Shown piece after piece: positions 1 through 9,770 of a DNA stretch of 64,000 nucleotides; position 1 is the first letter of the stretch; every line of letters begins with the position of its first letter. The stretch covers positions 46,085 to 110,084 of the forward strand of contig JAZDFA010000015.1 in assembly GCA_043808285.1 (NCBI GenBank). Direction: 5' to 3'. The notes under the pieces were generated by a model. That model did not search any database. It saw nothing but the letters and a program-made list of their open reading frames with translations, and was not told the origin of the DNA. A program made the position numbers and the translations under genes. This DNA is from an archaeon (lineage in GTDB: Archaea; Nanobdellota; Nanobdellia; Pacearchaeales; DTIR01).

Positions 1-301
1 CCAGCTTGAAAAATGGTACAAAAACCCATGCAAGCAATATAGGCTTTCTTGGACCCCAATAATCCTGCCAGGATAAAAGATCAAAAGCTATCCTTTTGGA
101 TTTCATCATATACTCTGCTTCATCCCACCACAATGGCTGAGTTTTAGTGATAAAAAAATAGAATAATCTTAATGCTATGGCTATAAAAAATACCCCGAAA
201 AGAGCCTTGTTGTAAGGATCTTTAAACCACAAAGAAATCTTGTCTGCTAATTTAGTCTTTCTTGCAGCTAAAGTTGAATTTTTATCTGTTTCAGTTACCA
301 T
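1..301 (-). CDS. GT-C fold (PMT/ArnT, GT39-like) membrane glycosyltransferase, N-terminal part; runs off window start
   Basis: Own translation from ATG at 301: MVTETDKNS...ALFGVFFIAIALRLFYFFITKTQPLWWDEAEY...; TM helix ending in LRL followed by the WxDE loop typical of GT-C. Confidence 0.75.
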   Translation of the reverse strand, partial: MVTETDKNSTLAARKTKLADKISLWFKDPYNKALFGVFFIAIALRLFYFFITKTQPLWWDEAEYMMKSKRIAFDLLSWQDYWGPRKPILLAWVFVPFFKL

Positions 302-305
302 TTTT

Positions 306-1343
306 TTAGACAATCCCTTTCCAATTTTTTATTGCAATCTCATATCTCTCCATTGTTCCTGTATCAAACCATTGGGTATCAAATTTGTAACCATATAGCT
401 TCCCTTCTTTTGCAACTCTTGGAAAAATATCTTTTTCAAGCATTGAAAATCCCTTCGAGATATAATCTAAAACCTTGGGATCAATTATGTAGAATCCTGC
501 ACTTATAAAGTTAGATGGTTCCTCTCCCTTTGGAGGTTTTTCAACAAATTCTATTATTTTATCTCCATCAAGCTTTGCAACACCGTAATCATTTGGGTTA
601 TCTATTTTTTTGAGTGCAATAGTTATAAGCGCTTTATTTTTAACATGATTTTCTAACATCTCATCTATGTTTACATTTTTTAGTTCATCTCCATTTGACA
701 CTATAAATGGTTCATGAACCTTGTTTTTTAGATAAAAAAGCGGCCCGGCAGTTCCAAGGGGTTCATCTTCTTCTATATAGCTAACTCTTAATCCCAATTT
801 TAACCCATCTCCAACATGACTCTTTATCTTGTCTTTTAAATAACCAACTGAAAGAGTTATATCTCCTATTTCATACTTCTTAAATAGATCAAAAAGATGC
901 TCCAATATTGGCTTGCCGCACACAGGCAGCAGGGGTTTAGGAATCTCATAAGTGAGAGGTTTTAATCTTGTTACTTTTCCTCCGCAGAGGATTACTGCAG
1001 TTCTTACTTCTCCTCCTCGAATTATCCGATAGGAATCTGAATCCTCATGGTGTGTTGAAAATTCTATTAATTGGGAATCTTCTAATGCCCTTATTTTGTG
1101 TATCTGGCCAGGCGAGACATCTAGTATATCCCCTTCATTCAAAACTATCTCTCCTTTTTCATCAGAAATAATAAATTTTCCGCTTAGTACATAAAAAGTT
1201 TCATCTTTATTTTTATGATAATGGAAAGATGACTGATTGCCTTTTTTTAGAGTTAGCATCTTTCCGCAATAATCTTTGTTTACAATCCATTCTTCCATCC
1301 CCCAGGATTTTTCAACATTCTTGATAAAACTTCTCTTATTCAT
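306..1343 (-). CDS. Cupin domain fused to sugar-phosphate nucleotidyltransferase (mannose-1-P guanylyltransferase/HddC-like)
   Basis: N-terminal KSWG..E.WI..YCGK..SFHYH..KDETFY cupin; then ILCGGKVTRL..PKPLLP, EPLGTAG, NGD, FVEKP, WFDTGT. Confidence 0.85.
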   Translation of the reverse strand: MNKRSFIKNVEKSWGMEEWIVNKDYCGKMLTLKKGNQSSFHYHKNKDETFYVLSGKFIISDEKGEIVLNEGDILDVSPGQIHKIRALEDSQLIEFSTHHEDSDSYRIIRGGEVRTAVILCGGKVTRLKPLTYEIPKPLLPVCGKPILEHLFDLFKKYEIGDITLSVGYLKDKIKSHVGDGLKLGLRVSYIEEDEPLGTAGPLFYLKNKVHEPFIVSNGDELKNVNIDEMLENHVKNKALITIALKKIDNPNDYGVAKLDGDKIIEFVEKPPKGEEPSNFISAGFYIIDPKVLDYISKGFSMLEKDIFPRVAKEGKLYGYKFDTQWFDTGTMERYEIAIKNWKGIV

Positions 1344-1348
1344 TTTAC

Positions 1349-2371
1349 TTAAAAGTTAATCTCCCTTATTCTTAGCTCTTTCTTAGTTCCATTGCATCCT
1401 TCACACAATGGAATTTTGCCCTTATTTTTCAAAATTTGTTTCCTAAGAGAGATATATTTTTTGTTGTTCCATATATATTTAAATGACTGATTAAAAACAT
1501 TTCCAAGAACATATCCGTTATGAGAATCTCTACAGCAGGGTACTACACTACCATCAACATTTACAGTAGTTTCTTCCCAAAGATAATCACAAAAATTTCT
1601 TTTTTGCCCTTCCACCTCATTAGAATATCTCCTTAGCCGAGGATTTTTAGGGAGATAACCTTTTATTGGCTCATAAACAGAAATATCCATTACTCCTACA
1701 GTCTTAAAAAATATAGAATCAACTCCTATTTTTTTGGCAAGTTTTATTGCATCCTTTATTTCATGCTCATTGTGTTTCATGACTATAAACTGGAGCTTTA
1801 TTGCGGGGTATTTGGTATTCTCTTTCTTTTTTTGGGCAACAAGGGTTTGCAATGCTTCTATTACTTTCTTGAAACTTCCATTTTTGCGATATTTACGGTA
1901 GGTTTTTTCACTCGCACCATCTAAACTGATTATTATTTCATCTAATCTGCTTTTTACTATTTCTGCTGCATTATCCTTGGTTAAAAAAAAGCTGTTGGTG
2001 CTTGTATTGACAAAAACGCCTTGTTTTTTGGCGTAACTTATCATTTTAAACAAATTCTTGTTAAGCAAAGGTTCGCCCCAATTCCAAAGCCTTAAATGAA
2101 TTATGTATGGAGAAAATTGATCGAAAACTCTCTTAAAATCTTCAAATCTCATTGCTCCTTTTTCTCTGCCCAATAAACCCAAGCCGGTAGGACATAAAGG
2201 GCATTTAAGATTGCAAAAATTAGTTGGCTCAATCATCAATGTGGTAGGCATTCCAAAAACATGTGGAATTCTCAAAAATTTTGATAATTTTACATGCATC
2301 AGATTGAATAATCTGGAAGGTCTTGTAAGTATACAAGTAAAAAAGTACCTGCCCTTTGTCTTAAAATCCAT
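1349..2371 (-). CDS. Radical SAM protein with SPASM/twitch domain
   Basis: CNLKCPLC, WGEPLL, C-terminal FCDYLW..DGSVVPCC..CEGC. Confidence 0.9.
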   Translation of the reverse strand: MDFKTKGRYFFTCILTRPSRLFNLMHVKLSKFLRIPHVFGMPTTLMIEPTNFCNLKCPLCPTGLGLLGREKGAMRFEDFKRVFDQFSPYIIHLRLWNWGEPLLNKNLFKMISYAKKQGVFVNTSTNSFFLTKDNAAEIVKSRLDEIIISLDGASEKTYRKYRKNGSFKKVIEALQTLVAQKKKENTKYPAIKLQFIVMKHNEHEIKDAIKLAKKIGVDSIFFKTVGVMDISVYEPIKGYLPKNPRLRRYSNEVEGQKRNFCDYLWEETTVNVDGSVVPCCRDSHNGYVLGNVFNQSFKYIWNNKKYISLRKQILKNKGKIPLCEGCNGTKKELRIREINF

Positions 2372-2459
2372 TGAAAAATAAGCCCCAATTTCCTTTTAAA
2401 GCTTATGAACGAGAAAATCCAAAGCTATTTAAAATATTTAAGGCATTTTGCCTATGACT

Positions 2460-2948
2460 ATGAATAAAACTTTGATGATTGTTTTGGGTGGCGGAGGTCA
2501 TACAAAACAGATGCTTAAACTAGTAAGCCTTCTTGGAAAAGAATATGATTATGAGTATTTAGTCTCATCTGGGGATTCTATCTCTGAAAAGAAGATAGAG
2601 ATAAAGGGAAAGGTATTCAGAATAATCAATCCTAGAGGTATGGATGACAAAAACATTCTCAAGGTGATAATAAAGTTTGTTCCTTCAACTATCCAGGCAT
2701 TGTCTGTGCTGTTCAAAAGCAAATCTTGTTGTATTCTCTCTGCAGGACCTGCATTATCTATCCATATCTCTTACCTGGGAAAATTCCTATTTGGCAAAAA
2801 AGTCATATTCCTGGAATCCTGGTCACGAGTGGAGTCCAGCTCTATGGCCGGAAAATTTTGCTATCCTTTCGCAGACCTATTCTTTGTGCAATGGCCAGAA
2901 GGGAAGAAAAATTACCCTCATGCTATCTATGCTGGGAGGTTAGGTTAA
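2460..2948 (+). CDS. Alg14/PssD/Cps14F-like glycosyltransferase subunit
   Basis: VLGGGGHT, FLESWSRV, FFVQW; start may instead be 2454. Confidence 0.85.
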   Translation: MNKTLMIVLGGGGHTKQMLKLVSLLGKEYDYEYLVSSGDSISEKKIEIKGKVFRIINPRGMDDKNILKVIIKFVPSTIQALSVLFKSKSCCILSAGPALSIHISYLGKFLFGKKVIFLESWSRVESSSMAGKFCYPFADLFFVQWPEGKKNYPHAIYAGRLG

Positions 2949-2950
2949 AA

Positions 2951-3394
2951 ATGATATTTGTAACTGTTGGAACTGGCAAATTCGATTCAATTATAAAAGA
3001 GATAGATAGAATTTCCCCCACACTCAAAGAAAAGATAATTGCGCAAATAGGAAACGGAAAATACGTGCCTAAAAACTTCAAGTATTTCAGATTTAATCAA
3101 TCTCTTGATGAATATTACAAAAAATCTAAATTGATAATATCTCATGGGGGTGCTGGAACCATTTATGAGCTTCTCAAAATGAAAAAGAAGGTAATTGCAA
3201 TAGCAAATCTTGATAGAACTGACTCTCATCAGGAAGAGATACTAAATGCATTATCCCAAGAGAATAACTTGATATGGTGCAAAAACGTTAGAGAGATAGA
3301 AGGTATAATAAAAAAATCAAACTCTATTCATCTGAAAAAATATAAGAAACCTCAATGCATGATACATCATAAAATAAAGGAGTTTTTAGGATAG
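2951..3394 (+). CDS. Alg13/PssE/Cps14G-like glycosyltransferase subunit (GT28 C-terminal type)
   Basis: MIFVTVGT, IISHGGAGT, DSHQEEI; ATG at 2951 follows the Alg14-like stop. Confidence 0.85.
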   Translation: MIFVTVGTGKFDSIIKEIDRISPTLKEKIIAQIGNGKYVPKNFKYFRFNQSLDEYYKKSKLIISHGGAGTIYELLKMKKKVIAIANLDRTDSHQEEILNALSQENNLIWCKNVREIEGIIKKSNSIHLKKYKKPQCMIHHKIKEFLG

Positions 3395-3401
3395 GAATAA
3401 A

Positions 3402-5234
3402 ATGTGTGGAATTTTTGGAGTATATGACAAAGGCAAGAGTACTGATCCTGAAAAGGTAAAGAAAGCGACAAATCTAATGGATCATAGGGGCCCTGATGGA
3501 TTTGGTTTTTATTTTGATAATGAAATTTCATTGGGGCATAGAAGGTTGTCTATAATAGATTTGAGTGAAAATGCCAAACAACCAATGTGCAATGAAAAAC
3601 AGGATATTTGGATTGTATATAATGGTGAAATCTATAATTTCAAGGAAATCAGAGAAGAATTAGAAGTATTGGGCCATGAATTCAAAAGCAATAGTGATAC
3701 AGAAGTCATAATACACGCTTATGAAGAATGGAGAGAGTCTTGTCTTCAAAGATTCAATGGGATGTTTGCATTTGCAATATGGGACTCTGCAAACAAAAGA
3801 CTTTTTTTAGCAAGAGACAGGTCAGGAGTAAAACCACTCTATTATTATATGGACAAGGACAGGTTTATCTTCGCCTCTGAAATAAAATCAATATTGGAGA
3901 TGGACGTTCCAAGAGCAATAAATGAAGATGCATTATATGACTACTTTAACTATTTTATACAGATAGGAGAAGAAACATTATTCAAGAATATAAGAAGCAT
4001 CCCTCCGGCACATTACTTTGTTCTCCAGGACAACAAGATAACTGCTAGAAGATACTGGGACTTTGAATATCTGACAGAAAATAAATCAGAAATTGAGTGG
4101 AGTTCAATAATAGAAAACGAATTATTCCAAAGTGTAAACAAAAGAATGATATCAGATGTCCCGATAGGTGCATTTATCTCTGGAGGTGTTGATAGTTCTG
4201 CAATAGTCTCATTTATGAAAGAGCAGTCTAAAACAGTAAAAACTTTCTGTGTGGGCTCTGGTAATGACCTTGAATTAAAAAGTGCAAGAGCCGCTGCAGA
4301 GGAACTTCAAACAGACCATCATGAAATAATGATAACCGCTGAGGATTTCTCAAAGAATCTCAGAAAGATGATATGGCATTATGACATGCCTGTTTCTTTT
4401 GCATCTTCAATACCACTTTATTTTGTTTCAAAGATGACAAAGGGAAATGCAACAGTGGTATTGACTGGTGAAGGGGCAGATGAAATATTTGCAGGATACA
4501 ATCGCTATAAACTGATGTTAAATGCAAATAACCTTTCAAAAATAACAAAGGTAATCCCAAGTAAAATGAAATCAATATCATCCAACATGATTACATCATT
4601 CTATTCAGATTCCCGCTATAAAAAGAATATAGAGATGTCAATAAATGGATTCAATCTGGATTATGCTACAGGTATAAACATACTGATTGGCAAAGAAAGA
4701 GACGCCTTATTCAAAGGAATAAAACAAAAGACATGGAATAAAAAAGTGGAAAGGTTACTTAACGCCAAACAAACAGACTTCCTCAATAAACTGCTCTATC
4801 TAGATTTCAAGACATATCTTGTGGAGCTCTTAATGAAGCAGGATAAAATGAGCATGGCTGCATCAATTGAAAGCAGAGTTCCTTTCCTAGACTATCATCT
4901 GATACAAACTGTTGCCAAAATACCCTCTAACCTGAAGTTAAACAACGGGATTGGAAAGTATATATTGAAAAAATCTCTGGAGAAAAGGCTTCCAAAAGAA
5001 AGGATATATCAGAAAAAGATAGGTTTTACTGTACCAATCAATAAATGGTTTAGAAAAGACCTGAATAGTTATGTTGCAGATTCTATAATAGATGACTCTA
5101 ACATCATAGGCAAATTTTTTGATGTTTCCAAGGTAAAAAAGATGATTGAAATGCAAAAATCCAAAGACTACTCCCTGCAATTATGGGCAATACTTAATTT
5201 CAAACTATGGATGGAGGAGTTTAAAGTTCAATAA
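3402..5234 (+). CDS. asnB: Asparagine synthase (glutamine-hydrolysing) family amidotransferase, probably glycan amidation
   Basis: MCGI N-terminus, HRGPD, HRRLSIID, SGGVDSS, GEGADE, ESRVPFLD. Confidence 0.92.
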   Translation: MCGIFGVYDKGKSTDPEKVKKATNLMDHRGPDGFGFYFDNEISLGHRRLSIIDLSENAKQPMCNEKQDIWIVYNGEIYNFKEIREELEVLGHEFKSNSDTEVIIHAYEEWRESCLQRFNGMFAFAIWDSANKRLFLARDRSGVKPLYYYMDKDRFIFASEIKSILEMDVPRAINEDALYDYFNYFIQIGEETLFKNIRSIPPAHYFVLQDNKITARRYWDFEYLTENKSEIEWSSIIENELFQSVNKRMISDVPIGAFISGGVDSSAIVSFMKEQSKTVKTFCVGSGNDLELKSARAAAEELQTDHHEIMITAEDFSKNLRKMIWHYDMPVSFASSIPLYFVSKMTKGNATVVLTGEGADEIFAGYNRYKLMLNANNLSKITKVIPSKMKSISSNMITSFYSDSRYKKNIEMSINGFNLDYATGINILIGKERDALFKGIKQKTWNKKVERLLNAKQTDFLNKLLYLDFKTYLVELLMKQDKMSMAASIESRVPFLDYHLIQTVAKIPSNLKLNNGIGKYILKKSLEKRLPKERIYQKKIGFTVPINKWFRKDLNSYVADSIIDDSNIIGKFFDVSKVKKMIEMQKSKDYSLQLWAILNFKLWMEEFKVQ

Positions 5235-5235
5235 A

Positions 5236-6699
5236 ATGGTAGATGTACTTCTTGTTAACCCACCCAGAATGAACAAAATTCCTACTCCCAGGGAGATAGA
5301 TTGCGCCAATCCGCAAAAAGATTTTTTGGTGCAGCCACTCTATCTTGCATATCTAGCCTCTTCAGCCATTTCTGCAGGTTGCACTGTAAAACTTTTCGAC
5401 CTTAATCTCTCAGACGAAACATATGATTCTATTATTCCCTCTATAAAAGAAGAAAAACCTAAATTAGTAATTGGAGGGTTTGCAATCCCATCTATATATC
5501 TAGATCTGCAGCTTTGCAGTATATCCAAGAAGTATTGCAGTGCTCCTGTAGGAATCTGGGGACCAATACCTTCCTCATTACGAGACGTCCTTTACAAGAA
5601 ATTCCCAGACCTTGATTTCATAATTGAGAATGAGCCTGAATTTGTAATGATTGAAATTGCTAAAAATATCAAGAGAAACAAAAAAGATATCTTCTCGGGT
5701 GTTAAGGGTGTAAGTTACAGAAAAGGCAAGAAGATCATATTCAACGGTTTTAGACCTCTTGGAAATCTTGACAATCTTCCTATTCCCGCTTATGATTTGC
5801 TCCTAATGGAGAAATATCATACTCCTTACAACAGGAGACTTCCTATGACAATAATGAGAACCTCCAGAGGGTGCGTTGCAAGATGCATATTCTGCCTTAT
5901 AGGGGGATTAGATAACCCCTACAAGGGATATGGTACAAAATGGCGTTCCCAGGGTGCCAAAAGAACATTGAAAGAAATAGAGTATGTTGTAAAAAACTTC
6001 GGTGTGAAAGAAATAAACTTTTTTGATGCAGAATTCACAATAGACAAACAAAGGGTAAAAGAAATATGCAAGGAGATAATAGAAAAAAATCTAGATATAA
6101 TGTGGAACTGTAATGCTAGAGTAGACTTAGCAGATTATGAAACATTAACTTGGATGAAGAAAGCTGGCTGCTATGGAGTTAGCTACGGTGTTGAAAGCAT
6201 AAATGAAGAGGTATTAAAAATATGCAAAAAAAACATAAATGAGCACCAAGTAGAAAATGCAGTAATTGTCACTAAAAAAGCAGGCATACAACCGGCACTT
6301 TATTTTATGATTGGGCTTCCTGGAGAAAAAGTTGAAAGTATAAAGCAGACAATAGCCTTTGCTAAAAAAATGGCTCTTAAATATGACTTAAGACCCCAAT
6401 GCACTATTGCAACACCCTATCCTGGAACAGAATTCTGGAATATGGCTAAAAAAGAAGGCTGGATAAAAGAAGATTTTGACAAACTAGAACAGACAACTGC
6501 GTCGATTTCATATCCCTCTCTTTCCCAAAAAGAATTAGAGTATTGGCATAAACAATTTTACAAAGAGATAGTATTAAATCCTCTAAGGCTAATAAAAAGG
6601 GTGTTGAGAATAAGACATTGGAATGAAATTAAAAGTATACCTATGCACATAAAAGAATTCTCTGTTGCATTATTCACAAAAATGAGGTATGTAAGATAA
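5236..6699 (+). CDS. B12-binding radical SAM protein
   Basis: VLLVNPP..PLYLAYLA cobalamin-binding domain; SRGCVARCIFC; GVES; FMIGLPGE; TPYPGT. Confidence 0.88.
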   Translation: MVDVLLVNPPRMNKIPTPREIDCANPQKDFLVQPLYLAYLASSAISAGCTVKLFDLNLSDETYDSIIPSIKEEKPKLVIGGFAIPSIYLDLQLCSISKKYCSAPVGIWGPIPSSLRDVLYKKFPDLDFIIENEPEFVMIEIAKNIKRNKKDIFSGVKGVSYRKGKKIIFNGFRPLGNLDNLPIPAYDLLLMEKYHTPYNRRLPMTIMRTSRGCVARCIFCLIGGLDNPYKGYGTKWRSQGAKRTLKEIEYVVKNFGVKEINFFDAEFTIDKQRVKEICKEIIEKNLDIMWNCNARVDLADYETLTWMKKAGCYGVSYGVESINEEVLKICKKNINEHQVENAVIVTKKAGIQPALYFMIGLPGEKVESIKQTIAFAKKMALKYDLRPQCTIATPYPGTEFWNMAKKEGWIKEDFDKLEQTTASISYPSLSQKELEYWHKQFYKEIVLNPLRLIKRVLRIRHWNEIKSIPMHIKEFSVALFTKMRYVR

Positions 6700-6703
6700 A
6701 AAA

Positions 6704-7558
6704 ATGAATGAAAAAGTGGTTGTTGCAGTATGCACTCACAATAGAAAGCAACATCTTTTACAAACAATAAAAGCATTTAACAAAATAAAAAGAAAAAATT
6801 TCAAACTTGCAATAATTGATTCTTCAGACCAAGAACTCATAAAAAATGAAAAGAAAGGAATAGATTTCTACCTACACATGCCAGATAAAAAACCCCTCTC
6901 TATAAAAAGGAATATTGCAATAAATAAGATTGATTCTTCATTAATATTATTCACAGATGATGATTGCATTCCTTCAAAAAATTGGGTCAACGAAATAACC
7001 AGCCCTTTTAAAGATGATAGGGTAATGTGTGTAACTGGGAAGACAATTCCTTCAGAGGAATTCAAGAAAAGCAACTATGAAAGGATATTCACTTTTGATA
7101 ATCTAGGTAATAATAAAAGAGAAATAATAAAACATTTTGGGCTGCATAATCTCTGGAAAGTAGGTCACGGAAACAATATGGCATTCCGCACTTCAGTATT
7201 TAAGGAAATAAGACTTTTTGATGAAAGTCTAGGAGTAGGCAGCCCAATAAATGCTGGAGAAGATGTAGACATGTTCTATAGAATTTACAAAAAAGGTCAT
7301 AAAATAATATTCAATCCTAATGCAATAATAATTCATAAGCATATATCTAAAGATGATAATCTAATTGTTTGGGCTCGTAAAAATACATATGCATCAAATA
7401 AAGTCCTTCTAAAGAACATTGATTTCAATACATTTGTTATATTTCTCGGAGGGATACTCAAATTATCCTTGCAGACAATTAGTGCATTTATTAAAAAAGA
7501 CCCACTTAAAGGAAAAGTCAAATTCAATTCATTAATCGGATGGATAGGAATAAAATGA
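6704..7558 (+). CDS. Glycosyltransferase family 2
   Basis: VAVCTHNR, FTDDDC, GNNMAFR, GEDVD. Confidence 0.88.
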   Translation: MNEKVVVAVCTHNRKQHLLQTIKAFNKIKRKNFKLAIIDSSDQELIKNEKKGIDFYLHMPDKKPLSIKRNIAINKIDSSLILFTDDDCIPSKNWVNEITSPFKDDRVMCVTGKTIPSEEFKKSNYERIFTFDNLGNNKREIIKHFGLHNLWKVGHGNNMAFRTSVFKEIRLFDESLGVGSPINAGEDVDMFYRIYKKGHKIIFNPNAIIIHKHISKDDNLIVWARKNTYASNKVLLKNIDFNTFVIFLGGILKLSLQTISAFIKKDPLKGKVKFNSLIGWIGIK

Positions 7559-8667
7559 AAATAGATAAGAAAATAGCTGTATTGGCTACATTTTTCTGGC
7601 CTGTTTCTGGAGATGTAAAAGATTATCCATATAACATAGCAAGAGCACTTAAAGAAGAGAAAGTAAAATTCATAATTCAAACGCCTAATATATGGCCAGA
7701 TGGAAAAAAGATTGACAGGCCAACTGATGATGAGTATAAAGGAATAAAGATAAAGAGACTCCCAGTATATTCAAACCTTACATGGTTCGTTAAATTATGG
7801 TTCCCAAAAGTAAAAGATTATGACATAATCCATTCTTGTGGGGGCTATAGGCATCCTGATATGTTAATTGCCTTCCTTAATAAAAAGAAGGGTTCTAAGT
7901 TCCTTCTCTCACCATTTTATCCAATGCATCCAAGAAATAAATTTGTTAATTTCTTAGTATGGCTTTTTGATATGACTATAGGCAAATCCCTAATAATCAA
8001 TTGTGACTGCTGTTTTGCTGAAACCAAGCAAGAAGCTAAATGGTTAAAAAAAATGGGTGCTAAAAAAATAGTTCTATTGCCCAATTCGCTGCCTAAAGAG
8101 TCTTTTCAGAAAGGAGACGGAAAAAAATTCAGAAAAAAATATGGTATAAATGGGAAGATAATTTTTACTCTGGGAAGACATGTTCCAATTAAAAATTTTG
8201 AGGGGATAATAAGAATAATGCCACAGATTGATGCTACATTGGTGATTGGAGGTGAAGAAACAAGTTATACTGCTAAATGCAAACAAATTGCTAAAGAAAT
8301 GAAAGTTGAAAATAAAGTTATGTGGGCAGGCTTTATGAATTCAGCTCAAAAAAGAGATGCCTATTCTGCATGCGATGTATACATCTGTTCAAGCATAAGA
8401 GAAAGCCTTGGTACAAGTGTAATAGAAGCGATGGCTCAAAAAAAACCAGTGATATCTACAAATTCTGGCGGTCTTCCAGAAATAATCCCAGATAGATTCT
8501 GTCTTTATGACTTAAAAAACAAAGAAGAACTGCTAAAAAAGATAAGAATCATTCTTAAAGACGAAAAATTTGCATTAGAACTTGGAAAAAAAGGATATAA
8601 AAAGGCACGGGGGTTCACTTTTGAAAAGATGAAAAGGACATATCTTGAAGCCTTAAAAGAGGTCTAA
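7555..8667 (+). CDS. Glycosyltransferase family 4
   Basis: GRHVPIKN, ESLGTSVIEAMA, GGLPEI; ATGA overlap with upstream stop. Confidence 0.88.
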   Translation: MKIDKKIAVLATFFWPVSGDVKDYPYNIARALKEEKVKFIIQTPNIWPDGKKIDRPTDDEYKGIKIKRLPVYSNLTWFVKLWFPKVKDYDIIHSCGGYRHPDMLIAFLNKKKGSKFLLSPFYPMHPRNKFVNFLVWLFDMTIGKSLIINCDCCFAETKQEAKWLKKMGAKKIVLLPNSLPKESFQKGDGKKFRKKYGINGKIIFTLGRHVPIKNFEGIIRIMPQIDATLVIGGEETSYTAKCKQIAKEMKVENKVMWAGFMNSAQKRDAYSACDVYICSSIRESLGTSVIEAMAQKKPVISTNSGGLPEIIPDRFCLYDLKNKEELLKKIRIILKDEKFALELGKKGYKKARGFTFEKMKRTYLEALKEV

Positions 8668-8669
8668 AA

Positions 8670-9395
8670 ATGAAAAAAATAGAAAAGATTTCTGTTGTAA
8701 TGGCAGCATATAATGAAAGGGGGAATGTTGAAGAGTTAGCAATTCGCATAAACAAAATTCTTAAAAAACTTAAGATTAAATTCGAAATTTTGTATATAAT
8801 TGAGGGTGATGATGGGTCATATGAATCTCTATGTAATTTAAAAAGAAAAATAAAACAAATAAAAGTCTATAGGCCAGAGAAAAAAGGTTTTGGACCAGCA
8901 TTTAAATATGGATTTCAAAAAATTTCTTCTGATACGACACATGTAGTAACACTCGATGCAGATTTAAACCACATGCCTGAAGAATTACCGCGGTTTATTA
9001 AAGGATATAAGGAAACTGGCGCAAATATAATTATAGGCTCCAGGCTTGTAGAGGGCGCAGACGTATGCAAACGTCCTTTTATAAAACAATTTATTAGCGA
9101 ACTTTCCAATGCAGTATTTCCTAAAGTCTATGGTCTGGATGCAAAAGATATAACTTCAGGTTATAGATTCCTAGAAATAGATGTTGTAAAGGCAGTCTAC
9201 CCAAAAATCGAATCAGTAAATTTTGAATTTTTGGCAGAGTTCTTAGTAAGAGCTAAAAAGGCAGGTTACACCATGCGAGAAGTGCCTATTAGCTTCAAAC
9301 CCAGAATAAGAGGGGAAAGCAAGATGGACTTCTTTCGAACAGGATTTGGTTACTTAAAGTTAACATTAAAAATGGTTTTTGTTAGATATTTTTAA
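8670..9395 (+). CDS. GT2, DPM1-like polyprenyl-phosphate glycosyltransferase
   Basis: VVMAAYNE, TLDADLNH.PE, IGSR, DITSGYR, R.RGESK. Confidence 0.88.
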   Translation: MKKIEKISVVMAAYNERGNVEELAIRINKILKKLKIKFEILYIIEGDDGSYESLCNLKRKIKQIKVYRPEKKGFGPAFKYGFQKISSDTTHVVTLDADLNHMPEELPRFIKGYKETGANIIIGSRLVEGADVCKRPFIKQFISELSNAVFPKVYGLDAKDITSGYRFLEIDVVKAVYPKIESVNFEFLAEFLVRAKKAGYTMREVPISFKPRIRGESKMDFFRTGFGYLKLTLKMVFVRYF

Positions 9396-9414
9396 GAATT
9401 CACATAATCTATCT

Positions 9415-9692
9415 AAATCAAAAAATTGCTCCAGTTTTACTTCCGCCCTAAACAGAGAAAATCAAAGATTTTCTATGCCCAAAAAAACTCTGGTTTTTTG
9501 CGGGGGTGTAAGTTTGCATGCAATTTCGCGAAAAGCAGAAGCTTTTTCAGGACATTGGGAATCTTTAAGATTCCCCCTGTTAGGATGCTTGAAGAACACG
9601 CGACTACACACTAAACAGAGGAAATCTTGGTAGATTTCCTATGCATAGAAAAACAAAGTTTTTCTCTGTTTAGTCAAGTGTTCTTGACATAA
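9415..9692. mobile_element. Non-autonomous palindromic element (copy A) carrying three inserted double-hairpin modules
   Basis: Shares TTAGGATGCT, AAGAACACGCGACTACACACT (9592-9612) and GTCAAGTGTTCTTGACATAA (9673-9692) with copy B; multiple internal hairpins. Confidence 0.65.
9611..9673. repeat. 63-bp cruciform module with 10-bp terminal inverted repeats
   Basis: CTAAACAGAG...CTCTGTTTAG enclosing hairpins AGGAAATCT/AGATTTCCT and AGAAAAAC/GTTTTTCT around ATGCAT; CTAAACAGAG recurs at 9448-9457. Confidence 0.8.
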
Positions 9693-9733
9693 ATAGAATA
9701 AGTAACTACTTTAAAATTAATAATTTAGTAAGA

Positions 9734-9741
9734 TTTATAAA
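9734..9741 (+). promoter_or_regulatory. Putative archaeal TATA box
   Basis: TTTATAAA about 30 nt upstream of ATG 9771. Confidence 0.55.
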
Positions 9742-9770
9742 CTCTGAAGCTTGTTTTGGACTAAATTAAG

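Noticed and set aside
5146..5235. N-terminal extensions in the ORF track (starts 5146, 2726, 14277, 18004, 30313, 44592, 45948, 53412, 54046)
   Set aside because: Most overlap neighbouring genes; downstream ATGs give family-typical N-termini and tight coupling.
9379..9633. 84-aa and 62-aa ORFs across element A
   Set aside because: They are translations of palindromic repeat DNA with no protein motif.
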